Notes under the pieces: generated by a model
What the model saw: only the letters and a program-made list of their open reading frames with translations
Database searches by the model: none
Told to the model about the DNA's origin: nothing
Shown here: piece after piece, positions 25,701-39,209 of the stretch
How positions within the stretch are numbered: position 1 is the first letter of the stretch
Layout: the number at the start of each line of letters is the position of its first letter
Source of the DNA: Hyphochytrium catenoides
Taxonomy: Eukaryota; Protista; Hyphochytriomycota
Direction of reading: 5' to 3'
DNA length: 64,000 bases
Assembly (NCBI GenBank): GCA_900088475.1
Contig: FLMG01003337.1
Span: forward strand, 62,001-126,000
Translations under genes and position numbers: made by a program

Positions 25701-27108
25701 TGTCGCTTCTGGGCTACTCCGTACATATTTTCTTCAAACTTACCTTAGTAGAGCATTCGGTCGCTTGCTACCTGTGCTGCGGTTTGTTTCTATTCACTAT
25801 GTTCGTCTTAGGTGTCCCGCTCTATCATTCACCCGTAGTGTGCCCGTTCTTGTGGAGTCGTGGAAGTGGATCCTCTAGTTTCTTCAGAAGTTTCGGCAAC
25901 GCCCACTACAGATGGTCCTCCTATTCAGCATGGCTTTCCATTTACTTCTTGTTCGGTTGCTCTTCGATTGATCTACAGAAAACGCTTTACAGTGGCTCTG
26001 ACGCCCGTGAAAGAAGGTGGCAAGATGCTGGCCATTTGTGTTTTCCGCTTGAATGATAATGACGTTGAGCTCATCTTCCTCACGGTCAAAGACGAGCATA
26101 AACAGATGGGATTGGGAAGGTAAGAGGCGAGATGGAGGATTTATCACCTCGACCTTTTGTGCAGTGATCTGTCCTCTAGGGTCCCCCTATCTATCCTTTG
26201 AAGGCTAGTGCTTACTATGACGTTCGTCCTGCATCTTTCTCGTGATGGCATCCTTCTCGAAATAGGATGCTCTTATGCTTTGTAGCTGAAGCTACTATCG
26301 CAATGAAGAGAAGCAGGCTGCTCATCGACAGCACTACTGCTGCTGAAAAGTACTGGGCCAACCCACGATTGGTGGGTATCTACTTCACGCTCTATTCTGT
26401 TTGGTCTTTGGTCTTTGGTGTGGCGTTGTGAGCTATTGATCTTTTCTCCTTACGGTGGCATTGTCATTTACTCTCTTGCCTTAGTGCGGCAGCCTCTTCT
26501 AGTCTGTTACATGTGTTCATTGATAGTTCATGAGTTTTATCCCGCCCTTTCATTATTACGTCGGCGTTGAGATGTTCTGACGCCTCGTCGACTTCTCGTT
26601 CTAGCTCGGAGAGAACTTTCCTGCTATCAATCGTGACGCTAGCTGGCCTCACGACGCCTACGGACGACGGTTCACGGGTGCATTTCCTTTTCTGCACCGA
26701 CCTATCCCTAGACAGAGCAGGGAATACATAAGGGAAGCGCTTCTTCGCCTCAAGCCAGGAATTGGGTTAGCTGCCTAGGACTGGGAATAAGAGCCTTCGT
26801 CTCCTCGACTCTGTCCTTCAGGACCTTTCTTCCCTGTAACCTCTTTTAGCTCACTCTTTCTTCTGTCCCTCATTCCTACTTATTGTACGCCCGCAATTGA
26901 TATTTATTTGAGACTAATAAGGTACAATGACTTTTTTTTCGTCAAAGAGAAGGAGTCCGCCAGCATAGATGAACGGACGCGTCCCGGTCCAGATACTTTC
27001 TACTTTCGTCAAACACTAGAGGATCCCTCAGGAACATCTTTCTCAGAATATTTAGAGTTTCTTCTACTCTCAACTGGCATAGATGCTGAAGTAGGAAACT
27101 CCTCTTAG
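22794..27108 (+). CDS. Large disordered/coiled-coil protein with C-terminal GNAT acetyltransferase-like domain
   Basis: Long acidic ORF 23911-25878 with a basic NLS-like stretch (RGRKRR). Downstream exons give LAICVFRLNDNDVELIFLTVKDEHKQMGLGRMLL (GNAT motif A, QxxGxG-like) and AEKYW. Last exon ends at TAG 27108. Confidence 0.65.
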
Positions 27109-27137
27109 TCTTGGTCCTACAGCATCCTTCTTATCCA

Positions 27138-30100
27138 CTACTTCTTCTCCTGCTTCGACGCTGAGGCTTTGGCCTTGCCTTCCGCTTTGGTGCTCTCTTC
27201 TCCCTCTCTTCCTCCGCTGCTGCCATCTGTTCCTGCCTTTAGTCTTTGTCTTCTCTCCACCTCCTTCTTATAGCGGGCCAGCTCCTCCCTGGGAATCGCA
27301 GTCAGCATAGTACGTTGGAAGAGAGAGACAATGGATCTATCAGTATGGAACGAGTAGGGACAAAGCCAGAGAGGGGGACCACAAGTAAGACGAACAATGC
27401 TGGTTGAACTGAGAGCTAATAAATATGGCGGGAGAAAGAACAGAGCGCAGTGACCGCACCAGCCGAAGACAAGGAGGCCTCCAACCCACACATGAACACC
27501 AAACAGACGATTCATAATGTAGAGGAGAGATTATTCGGAAGAGAGTGCGTACTCTCTCCCGTAGGGACGTGACATCGTGTTGGCTTACTCTTTCTGCTGA
27601 AACATAGCGTCAATCGTCGGCTCAGGGTACCGGTTGCCTTCATCTTCTTCTTTAGCTTCCGGTGCTGGAAGACGGAGGCCAAGGTTTCGGTTGAGCGGCA
27701 TGCCATCACCTACCATCTCCTTGCTCAACTTCTTTACCGCGAGCGCGAGAGTCCCACCTACCATAGCTCGTTTTAACCTATTCTCTTATAGTGGGCTTAC
27801 CTGTCTCTGTTGGAGGAAAAGTCTCTGCTACAAAAGGGAGCCAAGCCTTCATCCTGTTGTCACTACTCCCCACCTCAGAGATGGACCGCCCGGCCTTGGG
27901 AGGACCAATGTTCTGAAAGGAATCGGAGCCTATTCAATGACCGCAGTAGCCAAGATGAATATTAGAAGCAGCATACCGCAGAGCAACGCAAACCGACAAA
28001 GGTGACCAACTAAGTTGTAGGAGAACGCTGAGGTCAGGAGCTAAGAGTAGACAAAATAACTTAGACCGGAGTGCAGGAGTTGTAAAGCAACAGGAAAAAA
28101 GAGAACCAAGCTACGCTATCGGGACGCTAAATCAGCAACGGCAAGAAAGATGAGGACCAAATCAGCGAGAGAAAGTGGGACGATTGCACCTGCAGGTATG
28201 AGAAGTGGTTTGCTCATCTCTGCTTCCGCTGTCTTCCTAGCCTCGCCTCTAAAGACATGTGCATTAATGACCCCGCGGAACTGTCAGAAAGCCAGGCAAA
28301 ACAATGTCAGAACAGCATGCACGCAAGAAAGGTGTTGATAGCGTTAGTCGATCAGCAGCCGAGTAAGTACAGACCGAATAGCCTGCTTAGCGAAGATTGG
28401 AAAGCACGCTCAAGAATTAGAAGCTGGTCGTAACAGAGGATACGATAGGAGGAATAGTGGAAGCAGGGTAAGGGTCACAACAAGATCATGAAGTCGTTCT
28501 AGGACGATCAGGCTCTCCCTGATAGCTTCGGCTCACATTAGCTACTAGGGTCTTCTCCTTAATGGAGGAAGAGAGAAGGGTGGCGCCCTGTAGATGACTG
28601 ATGTACCGCAGTGCCTGATTTAAAGCTTTCCGCTTCGAGCTGTAGAGGGGAAGCAGTAAGTATATACTAATCTGAGCAAGAAGTCTACATGAGGGGAATG
28701 TGGCAAGCAGTTGTGCGAGGATGCAACAAAGCAAGTGCTACTTCTCAGCGGATGGGAGGGGATAAGGACCAAGGAGTGAATGGTGATGCGGAAAACTAAG
28801 AGATGATAACTAAAGGAGCACTTAGGAGGCGGTAGCGGCAGCCATGGGTTAGCACGAGAACAGGCCTAGAATTGCTTACGTCTCCTGCTCCTTGAAGACA
28901 TCGTGTTTATGTGCCAGGATGATCATAGGGATAGGACTGGGATCCACAATCTTTTGGTCTTCATGGCCCTCTCCATACCTTGCCTTCGCCTTCTGCAGCA
29001 GCTTCTCTACCTCTTCTCCTCCTTTCTTTCCTCTGCCTAACTCTCTCACAGCTTCTCCCACTCTCTCTCGGACCAGCGAGAGAGAGCGAAGAAGTTCAGG
29101 AATGGCTTCTCCTGGCTAGTGGAGGGGAAGAGACATCAGATACAGAGAGTAACTTGCTAAGAGACAACTGCGGGCATGAAACACCATAGACAAGCAAAAC
29201 AGAAAGCCTTTCAGAGAGGGAACGCAGAGGAGAAAGGACAGGATTGGAGACTCAAAGGTTCTCGATAATAAAGCGCTGCCTTATGCCATGGACCTAATAG
29301 CTAGTGGTATCTCTGCTTCCTTTTCTTCTCGTCTCTTTCCGGTGTGTCTCTCTCGCTCTTTAGTTCATTGAATGAAGGGATTGAACCAGCCCAATGCTTG
29401 AGTTGAATCTTTGCTCACCTTGGAGAGATCGACGACGATGGCTAAAGTCAGGGAGCAGAGTTTATCGGAGGAAATCGGGATCTTGGTAAGCTCTGAGATC
29501 TTGCTACCACCGGCTGGAAAGGAAAGAGGAGGTGAGAGTCAAGCCGGTCACTCCATGGAACGTGTCAAGGTGTTGGACGTTCTTTAAATCCATCCATTTG
29601 GAGTCGGGCTTAATTCCCATCCCCTTCCTCTCCCTCTCTCTCTGCGAATCTTGGTGCTTTCCCTTGCAGGCGTTGGGTGTGCCACTTACCGAGTTCCCAG
29701 ACGTGACAGACATCCTTCACTGCAGCGCCTCCGGAGCCAGACTTCCTCCAGAAAGAGTATTCCAAAGCTACTGTCGGTTTTGGTGCGTCGTCGCCTAGTG
29801 TTAAGGATAGCGTGGTGATGCAATGAGTCAAAGAGCTGCTTATATTAGCGACAAGCTAGTAGAAGGAAGCTATGGACAGAAAAAGCAGATTATGGGCTTG
29901 ATCGGAACTGCAGAAGACGGAACACTATAGAGTCACGCAAGAGCTACAGCGGTAGTTCTCTAAGGCGAATGGACAGTTCAACAGCGAAAGCAGCTTGGGT
30001 TGAGGGAGTAGAGCCACTGACTTTTCGCCGAGGAAAGGAAGTTCTGAATGATCGAAGACTTCCCACTGCCACGAGGCCCAATGAAGAGAATGTTACTCTC

Positions 30101-30473
30101 AGACGGAGCTCTACCGCTGGATCCTACAATAGCGGGACAGACACTTGTTAGGCCATAGACGTAGATAGAACAGGGGAGAATAAGCCACTAGGTAAGGCCA
30201 CTAGGTGTTGCATATGAAGTCTAGCTCTATAAGCGACATGCTCACCCTGGTTGTCCTCAAGTCGTGCCCGGCTTACATCCTCCGCGACCATCTGAAGTAG
30301 ATCCCTAGGCTAAGAAGGGAGGAGTAAGGAGGAATCAAACGTCAGAAGAAGTGTAGGGTAAGTGATCAGCAGCTAGCATTCAGAGCTGGGTGAGAGAAAC
30401 ATATAGGTCTGGATGAGCTCAACGGAGTTGAAGCCAAGAAAGACCCTACCTCCAATCCCTTGGCCTCCGACAT
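27138..30473 (-). CDS. DYNC2LI1: Cytoplasmic dynein-2 light intermediate chain (retrograde IFT)
   Basis: Exons encode PKPTVALEYSF..KDVCHVWELG, IVVDLSK, PIPMIILAHKHDVFKEQE, ALRYISHLQGATLL, KPLLIPAGSDSFQNIG and YPEPTIDAMFQQKEEELARYKKE. First exon is uncertain (alternative ATG 30291). Confidence 0.88.
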
Positions 30474-32331
30474 CGTTCTTCTGCTCTGCACACCCCAGCC
30501 CCGGCGCTAAAGGGACCCAGCCAGCTTCCACACTGAGCGCCACTGCAGCCTTTCAACAGCTGCAAGTGACGGTGGATAACCTAGCGCCACGGAAGGAGGG
30601 GCGATGAAAAGGAGATGTAACCTCGCGGCAGAGGCGCCGCTGGAGTTGCAAGGAAGGAGGAGCAAGCGCCACTTCTGTCACCTTGCTTGGTACAATTCAT
30701 AGACAAAACGAAAGGACATGGAAGGGTCTTTAAGTACTTTGGTATGAAATGACCCTAGACAAGGAACTGATGGATTTAAAGCCTCAGGCCAACAGGCATT
30801 GTCATTTCTATACAGTTGTACAGGTTATTTACAGGCAATGACGGAGACCTCGGTCGAAAGATTAGAGCAGCTTCTCACATACACAGCAGAGCCTCACCAG
30901 CAGCAGCAGAGACAGAGAAAGATCTCTTCGAGTCAAGAACATCGGTAGTCACGTCCTCTACAGCTAAGCGTGCGAGAGGCTGCAGACATTACTTACTGCA
31001 TATTGTTATTAGGAGGTGTTACTAATGATGTAGCCGCGTTCACTGCTAGGCAGCACGAGCTTCTCCGATAACGTTGATAGAGCCACAGATATTTGCTTGG
31101 TCGGCTGGGCAGAGGCGGGACCTATGTCGTTATTGTTGCAACTCTACATACGCTACTGCCGCATAAAGAGGCGTTCCTCATGGCCTGTGACGCCCCAGGC
31201 GGGCTATTTATTAGGGGTTTCGCAATAAGTAAGCGGCCGGGTCCCTACATCCACAGACTTTGTTCTGCCATGCCAATACCAGGATGAGGTCTATGGAACC
31301 ATAGGGAAGGAGACAAAACACGATTAAGCAGCAGTCAGTAGTCTTCTTGCCTGCAGTTGCACTACCCAGATCCGGCCAAAGCCGACTCGCTGATACCACT
31401 AATACAGCGATCGGAGGAGTGCGGGATCAAGGAAAGGATTAGGTGTTAGAGCCGTGCTGGGAAGAAGTTGATGGAGGGGCGCATGAAAATGCATTGAATC
31501 AGCTTCCGGTGTGGCTAACTCTTAAGCAGAGCCTAGCTAGTTCTTCAACTCCCCATCGAGCCCCGTGAGGGAGAGTCCAAGAAGGTATTTGCAGACTTAT
31601 CACTCTACCTATCTTCAGCGTCAGCACTGGCCAGCCTGAATTTCAAAACTCTCTACGGCCCATAAGCTCATCTAAGAGGAGAGTCATAGACGCTAGCTAG
31701 CATCACTCAGAGCAGAGACAATGATAACAGGTCCCTTTGAGATCGAAGGGAGAAACCGCAGGTCCCTGTAAAAGCAGAGCTCCCTAACAATTAGACAGCG
31801 CAAGACAAGAGATCGCAGGCCTGTCGAGCTTGCAAAAGCTTTCTGCCGTGTCCAGCAGCGGCTAAGGGTCTCACATCTCTCATCATCATCTGCAGATAAT
31901 TCCTCTGGCGTCTGCTGCAGTCGGTATCTACACGATGGACAGCATTATTTACCAGGAATGGTTTCTGTTTGCGAGGAGGTTGGAGTTGATGACTCTAATC
32001 GCTAACCGCCCTGCCATTCATAAAGCAAAGAAATACAATAAGGCGGCACCGCTACGCACCTAATCCTCTTCCGCCCCCACACGCTGCCATCATTTCCCCA
32101 ACATCACTTCCTTCCCGGAGCAATTCCTCCACCATCGTAGTGCTTCCTTTTCTTGATAGCCTCATTCACAGCCTTCAGAAGCTCTATTGCCAAGCTGCAC
32201 ACCGACCTGCCGGCAGGAGGCAAGGCTGTAGCAGAATCCGAGGGTCACTCAGAGTCAGTCGACCCGGTGAATAACTTGCACGCAGCCCATGAGCAGCCGC
32301 AGCCTTGCTGGCAGCAGGAGTCGTTGGTCTG

Positions 32332-34477
32332 ATGGCCTCAGAGTCTCCGAACTTCGCCCTAGTGGGGAAAGCGGAGAAGGATCACAGTCTTACCGCTCCT
32401 TCTCGCTCGGCCGACGGCAAGGCTCTCGGTGACTCTTTAAGAACGATACAATGGGATGAGCTAGACAAGAAGAAGTACTACTTCTTCGGACCCACGCTAT
32501 TCCTAGGTGTTAGGGCTATTGTCTATCCTTCCAACCTGGTCAAGACGATTCTGCAGGTACTACCGGAGACCCACAGGGTGTATGGCTTCTTTGTCATCCT
32601 CCCCTTGCCTTTATATCAATAAGCAATTCGCTCTTTCTCCAATGACATCGCTCGGCTCCGTGTATATCTCTCTTTGTGTTCCGAGCAGCCATCACCTCAA
32701 AAACAGCTGTCCTCCTTGCTTGCTTCTATTTGTGACTCTTCTTCATCGACCTGTTGGCGTTCATTCTTTGGTTCTTCATCCAAAATAAGTCGATCCTGAC
32801 TGCATTGGGCCTCAACCCACTGTTACATGTCTTCTATGCCCGTCACTTTCGCTGCGCTAGGTGCAACATCCAGGCGACGTTCGCTATCGAGGGACATTTC
32901 ATGCATTCAGAGAGATCATTAGACGAGAGGGGTTTTTGGCCTTGTACAAAGGTTTCTGGGCGAACAGTCTGGGCATAGTGTCAGGAAATATCTACATTTC
33001 ATCGTACGAGATTATCAAACACTGGCTCCAACGGAGAGGACATGTGAGTTCTGTTCAGACTTCATCACAGAGCGGTACCCTTCCGTCCGTCCTTAACTCC
33101 TTGTTTCTCTCTCTCTCTCTCTGGCGTCTCTGGTCATGACCTTTGGTCTGTCTATCCTATTCCTTGTCAAACAAGGATAAGGCAACCTCGAACCTGGTGA
33201 GCGGTGCCTTTGCTTCAATGGTCTCACAGACGATCGTAGTCCCTCTGGACATTGTGTCACAAAAATTGATGGTAAGAAGCGCCGCAGCAGCTACAGGAGG
33301 CCTATTCTGAAGCAGAACCAGTGTCTTACTCGACCCTTGTTGCTCCTTATCTTTCTACTACCTAACTCGCGTAAATATCAGGTGCAGAAGCCCCAGGAGC
33401 AGCGGATGACCGGCATTCAGATCACCCGGAACATATTGCGGACAGAGGGCGTCCGCGGTCTCTATCGGTTCGTCTATCTCACCTGCCTTTAACCTTCAAT
33501 CTCCAGTCCGTGTTGTCCTTTGCTCCTACCAAAGTTTATATCTTGCCCTTGACCCTTTCTGGCTTCTTTGGGCGATCTCTCCGCTAACTGCGATTCCTGA
33601 TTGTGTCGTCCAATTAGGGGTTACTTCGTGTCGATTGCTACCTATGCGCCGAGCTCAGCAATCTGGTGGACCACCTATGAGCTTGCTCTTCCAGCAGTCT
33701 ACCGCTCCACCCCCATTCACGATGGTCTGTCTAGTTCTTAATTAGCTTGTCCATTCTTTGGCCTCTCCTTATCTTGTCCTTTGTATATGGTCATCGAAGT
33801 GCTTCATGCATCTGCTGCTCTCAAGAAGTCTTAACATCGGCCTTCTAGTCCTACCTCTCCCTTTCTGGCTTCTCCTCCTGGGAGGGCATTCACCTATAAA
33901 CTCTCTTGAAACTCTCTCCCAGACTCAGTCTCTGGTCTTGCTCCCGCTAGCGCCAAGTTTGGCAGTTTTATCATATCAAGTGACGCTTCTCATTGACTGC
34001 TGTTTCCTCCATCTGACGGCTATGTTCCCTGCTAGATACCACGCGTGAAGTAGTCTCCCAAGCTTTCACTGGTGGTATCTCAGGAGTGGTAGCTGCGGCT
34101 TCAACTAACCCATTTGATGTTATTCGAACCCGGACGCAGGTAATTGGAATAGCCTACTACGGTCTCCTGCCTCTGGAAGACTACCTCTCACTTTATTGCC
34201 TACTCTATAACCTTGCCTCTATATACCTTGCCTGTCGTCTACTCTTATGATCCATTATCTCTTTGTACCTCCTGGTGCACCCTGGTTATTGCAGGTTGAG
34301 GGCACAGGAACTATGGAGACGGTGAGAACTCTACTAAGACAAGAAGGGCTCCGAGGACTATACAGCGGAGTGAGCGCTAGAATGCTTAGTATGGGACCTT
34401 CTGGGGTCCTGGTCATCTCAACTTATGAGCTTGTGAAGCGATTGTCAAGGAAAGCACCCTCCAACGTGGGCACATAA
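32332..34477 (+). CDS. Mitochondrial carrier family protein, SLC25A44-like
   Basis: IQWDELDKKKYY N-terminus and three carrier signatures (PSNLVKTILQ, PLDIVSQKLM, PFDVIRTRTQ), each followed by an EG..(G/A)LY.G motif. Confidence 0.9.
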
Positions 34478-35241
34478 GTAAAGGACAAGCAACATGCCGG
34501 CAACAACCTTTGGGATGGGTCGCATGAATGATATCTTCTCGTGCAGGACAGAAAGACATTCGAGCGTCCTTTGCCATTAGACTGCTTCCGAACCTTTCAC
34601 TGGACTGCTGCAGAATCTCCCCTTCCAGTTGCGACTGCACAGTTTTGGGAAGTGGCATGCTTACGCAGTGGTCGGATATCTAGCTTTTACTTTGAGGGAA
34701 ACCTTAGGCGTGACAGCTGGGGATCGGGTGAGCATGCCAGACGACGCATCGTAACGGATTCAAACGCCCTTGTTCGGGCCCTCTTCTCAGGCGCCGCGCG
34801 GTAGTGCTAGAGACCTAGACCGAGAGGCTCTCTGATGAGCTCCTGCAGAGTTTCAGAGCTTCTTCAGAGTCTGCAGATCCATCTTTGCAAGTCACTTCCT
34901 CTCCATGAATCCAGGATAATATAGTGTCTCTTAAGACTTATACCTCATAGATGATGATGGTATCCTCAATAATCCAGTTGAAGTTTTGGAAGATTTTTGT
35001 CCCACAGAGCACGAGAAATATCAGAAGCGGGCCGACAACACCCATCACGCTGACAGTCCTGACTTCTGTCCGTCATCGATCATCAGCCTTTATATGCAGC
35101 TCACTCTCCCACAGACGTTTGAAAGACGAAGTGAGAGCTTTATAGAGGACCGAGAAGTGCATGTACTGGGCCACAGCTTATACTCGCTGTGCTCTAATCG
35201 TACACTACCCAGTCCTCCAGGCGTTAAACCTGTGAACCACA

Positions 35242-38200
35242 ATGGGGGGAGTGGGGGAGGACGAACTCAGCATGCCTCTAGTGGCTCCTGAGGTCCCTTT
35301 GAGAAGCAAGAGAGGTCGGAGAGGGAAGTGGCAAGCTCTTGGCGTTGTTAACCGAGGAAAGAAGTATCCGGTCATCACGGCCGTGGCATTCACGATCAAC
35401 TATATCTTTGGCGCTGGTAAGCCACGCATCTTAGCTTCCTAGCTCTTAAAATGGGCCCGATCTGTCTATGCCACCCCGTACGTGCTGCCTCGTAATGTCT
35501 GACCATATCTCTATCCATCTTCCAGGTGTACTAGCTATACCTTTGGCCTTTTCACGAGCGGGGATACTTGTTAGTGTCCTCCTTCTAGGGTTCATCTCAT
35601 TCCTCTCCAATATGTCGATGAACTGGCTGCTAGAGGTAGGTACGCTCTTCTCTTTTCTCATCTCGATCGGCCCCTTACCAGCATTAGGTTTGCTGCCTTA
35701 CGATGTGCTCTATCTAGTCCATCCCCTGGGGCTTCTTTTGCTAGTCTATCGTGATGGGGGTTAAGATAATCCTTCCGTGTACCTATCGTTGTTTTGGTCT
35801 GCAGACCTGTGGCCGTGCCGAGGCCATAATATCCTCCAATGAAGCCGAACTGACAGTTGAAGAAACAGAACTAGAAGTCGAAGACGGCGAAGAAGAGGAA
35901 GATCTCTTCTCCCGACGACTCATCCGGATCTTTCCGCGGTTTGAAGTTGGAGAAAGAAAGTTCGAGGTCTCTGAACTCTGTGACATCTTCATTGGAAAGG
36001 TAAGAGTTTTTTTTTGCGCAGCGGACCCGTCATGTCTCTCCTACTATCTTGTTCCTTTTCCATTTGTCTCTTTGATGCTTTGATATACCTACCGTACATC
36101 ATTTGTTGCTTATCCACCTTCCGTTGCCTAACCATGAAAATTTATCTCCTCCTCTCCACGACGCCTCGCGGTCTCTTGCGTCCCTTAACCTCTGTCCGAT
36201 CAAGTGGGGTCGGTCCGTCTTTGAGTTGGCTATGTCTCTCTACGCAATCGCGAGTATGTGGTTCTACACAATTATTTTTGCTCTGTCCATGCTTTCTCTT
36301 CTCCCTCTTCCGGTGTCTCTCTTCCACGTGGACACTACTTCCTGTAGCATAGAGGAAGGGCTTGGCCATCTCTCGAGGGGCTGTAGAGCAGCATACAGCT
36401 GTTTTGTGCTTTTCTATGGCGGAGCAATGATGACGCTAGCGTCCTTCAACATCAATGAACAGGTATGCTACTCCTCGCCCACACACTTGCTTTGTGCTGT
36501 CTTTCTTCACTGTCCAAGTTTAATCTCTCCATTCTCCTTGGCGGTTTTCTTCTTATACACGAGGTTGCTTCCCTTTTTCTTTCAGATTGCTTCTTTCCAC
36601 TGCCTCTCTTAGAGGCACTTTACCCTTTAGCTCCGTAATGGTACTGCCTCACCTTTGTCTAGCATAATGCCTTTCCTTCACGCACTTAGCAGCTATCCTA
36701 CCCTCTTGCTCAATAAACTTTCGAATGACCTTTGCCTTTCTTAACCTTCTCTCCGGTTTCAAACGCAACGTGACAAAAGACAAGAGTTCAGATGACTCTG
36801 ACAGCCTTTGGAATTTCCTGCCTGGTATTGATGCTGGTGACTACTCTGGTCCCTCTTATTAGTGGACCAGCTTATGATCCGCAACACACTAGGACCCCAA
36901 GCTCTCACATGTAAGATGAACAGGATAGAGATTAAGATCCGAGAGCGATATCAGCGTCTATGGGCCTTTGTATCTTTACTTTTAGACCGTTTAGTTGGTT
37001 ATTCAATATCTGGCTGCATCCTTTTCTTTAGTACGTCGAACCAGCCACTCTTGCACACTTTAGTCTTTCTCTTTGCTATTGTCACGTCTCTCCCATTTCA
37101 GGCGGCGAAGAGCGTAACAACTGATAGTCTCCTTCCTCTCCCGCTATCTCTCCTCTCTGGACTCATTTCTCCCCGGAAACTCTCCAACCCCGAAGCTCAG
37201 ATGTACCTCTAGTCTTTGACAGAAGACACTTCGGAACCGCCTTCGGTACCTTTGTCTTTGCACAGCTTGCTCACCATGGTATGGCCCAAGAATGCAAAGC
37301 TAGGGCCACTGCAAGCTGAAACTAGCCCAACCGAACCAGAGTTTCTGAAACTCACCCTGTAATCTCTATCTGATAGGTGTTCCCCAGCTAGTGCAGCTGT
37401 TGAGAGACCCGAAAGACGCACCCAAAGTGTTTAGCACGGCACTCTCCACCACTTTCTGTCTTTATGCAAGTAAGACTTCAGCGTTTTGCGCCTTCTTCTT
37501 TGCGAAGCCTGCCGTCCATGTTTTATGGCACGTCCTAGAGGTTGCCCTACTTAGTCCAGCGATTGGTCAAATTCTTCACGATGCCAGTCTTTGCAGTTGA
37601 TAGCCGTCATTCACACAGTCGAATTTGCAATATATTTTGGTTTGTCCTGCCTTCTTCAATCCCTCATCCGACCCGCTGACAGTTCGACTCCAGCCTTAGG
37701 GATCGTCTGCGGCCTGTATTTTGGCTCTCACGTGGAGAAGATTATTACACTTAATTGGAGAGACTACACTGCGGAGACGGAAGGCGGGAATGCGCTCTCT
37801 CACATCATCTCAATAATTGTCCGGCTGTTTCCTGTCATAACTGTTTCTGCCGCCTTCCCGCTGAATGCTATAACCATCGGAGACAGGTAGGAATGCCTTT
37901 CCTCAACTAACTAGAAACTTCTAAAAAGGACTGTAAAGCCAGACCACCTTCCCAACCCATCTACCGTCATAGGTTTGGCTCTAGATGCTGTCTATAACAC
38001 CACTAACAGGGTTTATGTAGCTGGAGACTTCGTGTCGCAAGATCGTGGAATGTCCAGAGCCCTTCGTAAGTGATAGAAGCAGATCTGTGGTCTTTCCTCT
38101 CGATAGCAGGTTCTCTTGAAAGCTCTTCCTTTCCTTCTCTCACTCAACCTGGGTGTCTACTACGTCCTGCTCTAGTCCCATTCCTTCTATGAAGCCGTCA

Positions 38201-38836
38201 TTCCGGCTCTAATTGTTCCCTTCGCCTGGCTAAACGTAGGTGGCAACTTGGTTTCCGGTGGATCGCGTGCACCCCTCCCATTATCGGGGCCCTTCTTCTT
38301 GCCGATGTAACGACAATCATAAATGCTTGCGGCTTGGTAAGAGAATCTCTTATCGTTCTACCTATCGTACATTTTCCTACCTTCTTTTGTTATCCGAATC
38401 CCGGACTGGTCCCTGAAGTCGGGAACTCTTGAAGCATACCCACTTCGTTAGTACTACCTTCCTCCTTCGTCCCTTTCTATGATAACACCGAGTCATTTGC
38501 GTAGATTGGTTTCATGATTGTCTTCTTTGTCCCTGGGGCGCTGCAGCTACGCTCCAAGAGCTTCTGTGCGAAGAGGTGAGCTAGTTTCTCTGTATGGCAA
38601 CCCTACACATGTGCCATGTAGACCCTTGCTTGACATGTGGAAATCCTCTATGGTCTTTGCTAAAGCGGGTCCATAGTTAACCTGCGCCTTTGCTACTTTC
38701 TGTCCCGTCTAGGTGGGGCAGCGTAGCCGCGGAGACTGGATATTCAAAGTGGTACAGCGGTGATCTCTATGTCTACGGCGCTATGATCTTCGCCACCCTT
38801 GCATTCTGCTACTCCTCCTACAATTTGCTTCACTAA
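35242..38836 (+). CDS. Amino acid transporter, AAAP/SLC38 superfamily (TMEM104-like), multi-exon
   Basis: FTINYIFGAGVLAIPLAFSRAG, RKFEVSELCDIFIGK, FGTFVFAQLAHHGVPQL, ITLNWRDY and LFPVITVSAAFPLNAITIG. Stop TAA ends at 38836. Confidence 0.85.
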
Positions 38837-39209
38837 GATGGTAACACAGCACGTCCCCACGCTACTCTATCGATCAAGTTCTTTCTCCCATACTTAGGTC
38901 CTTTTGAGTTATGTTCTCTTCTTGAAGACAAGGTTTCGACGTAGGGGAAGATAGGGGAGCAAGGTGTAGACATTGCCTCCAAGAAGAGTGAGGGGACGGT
39001 GGGGTGCGCTCCAAAGAAACATGAGCTAAGAGTGGTGTATGTACGGCATCTCAACGAACTCCACGGCACATGAGTCCGCTGGTATTTACTAGAGCACTTA
39101 TCACGGACTCCTCTCTATGTCAATGTGCCCTTCCTCCATACCTCGAGCCTTGATTCCCGTTCCTGTCGTCCACTTGAAGATGGAGCTCAGCTCCACATAA
39201 TCTGTCAGC

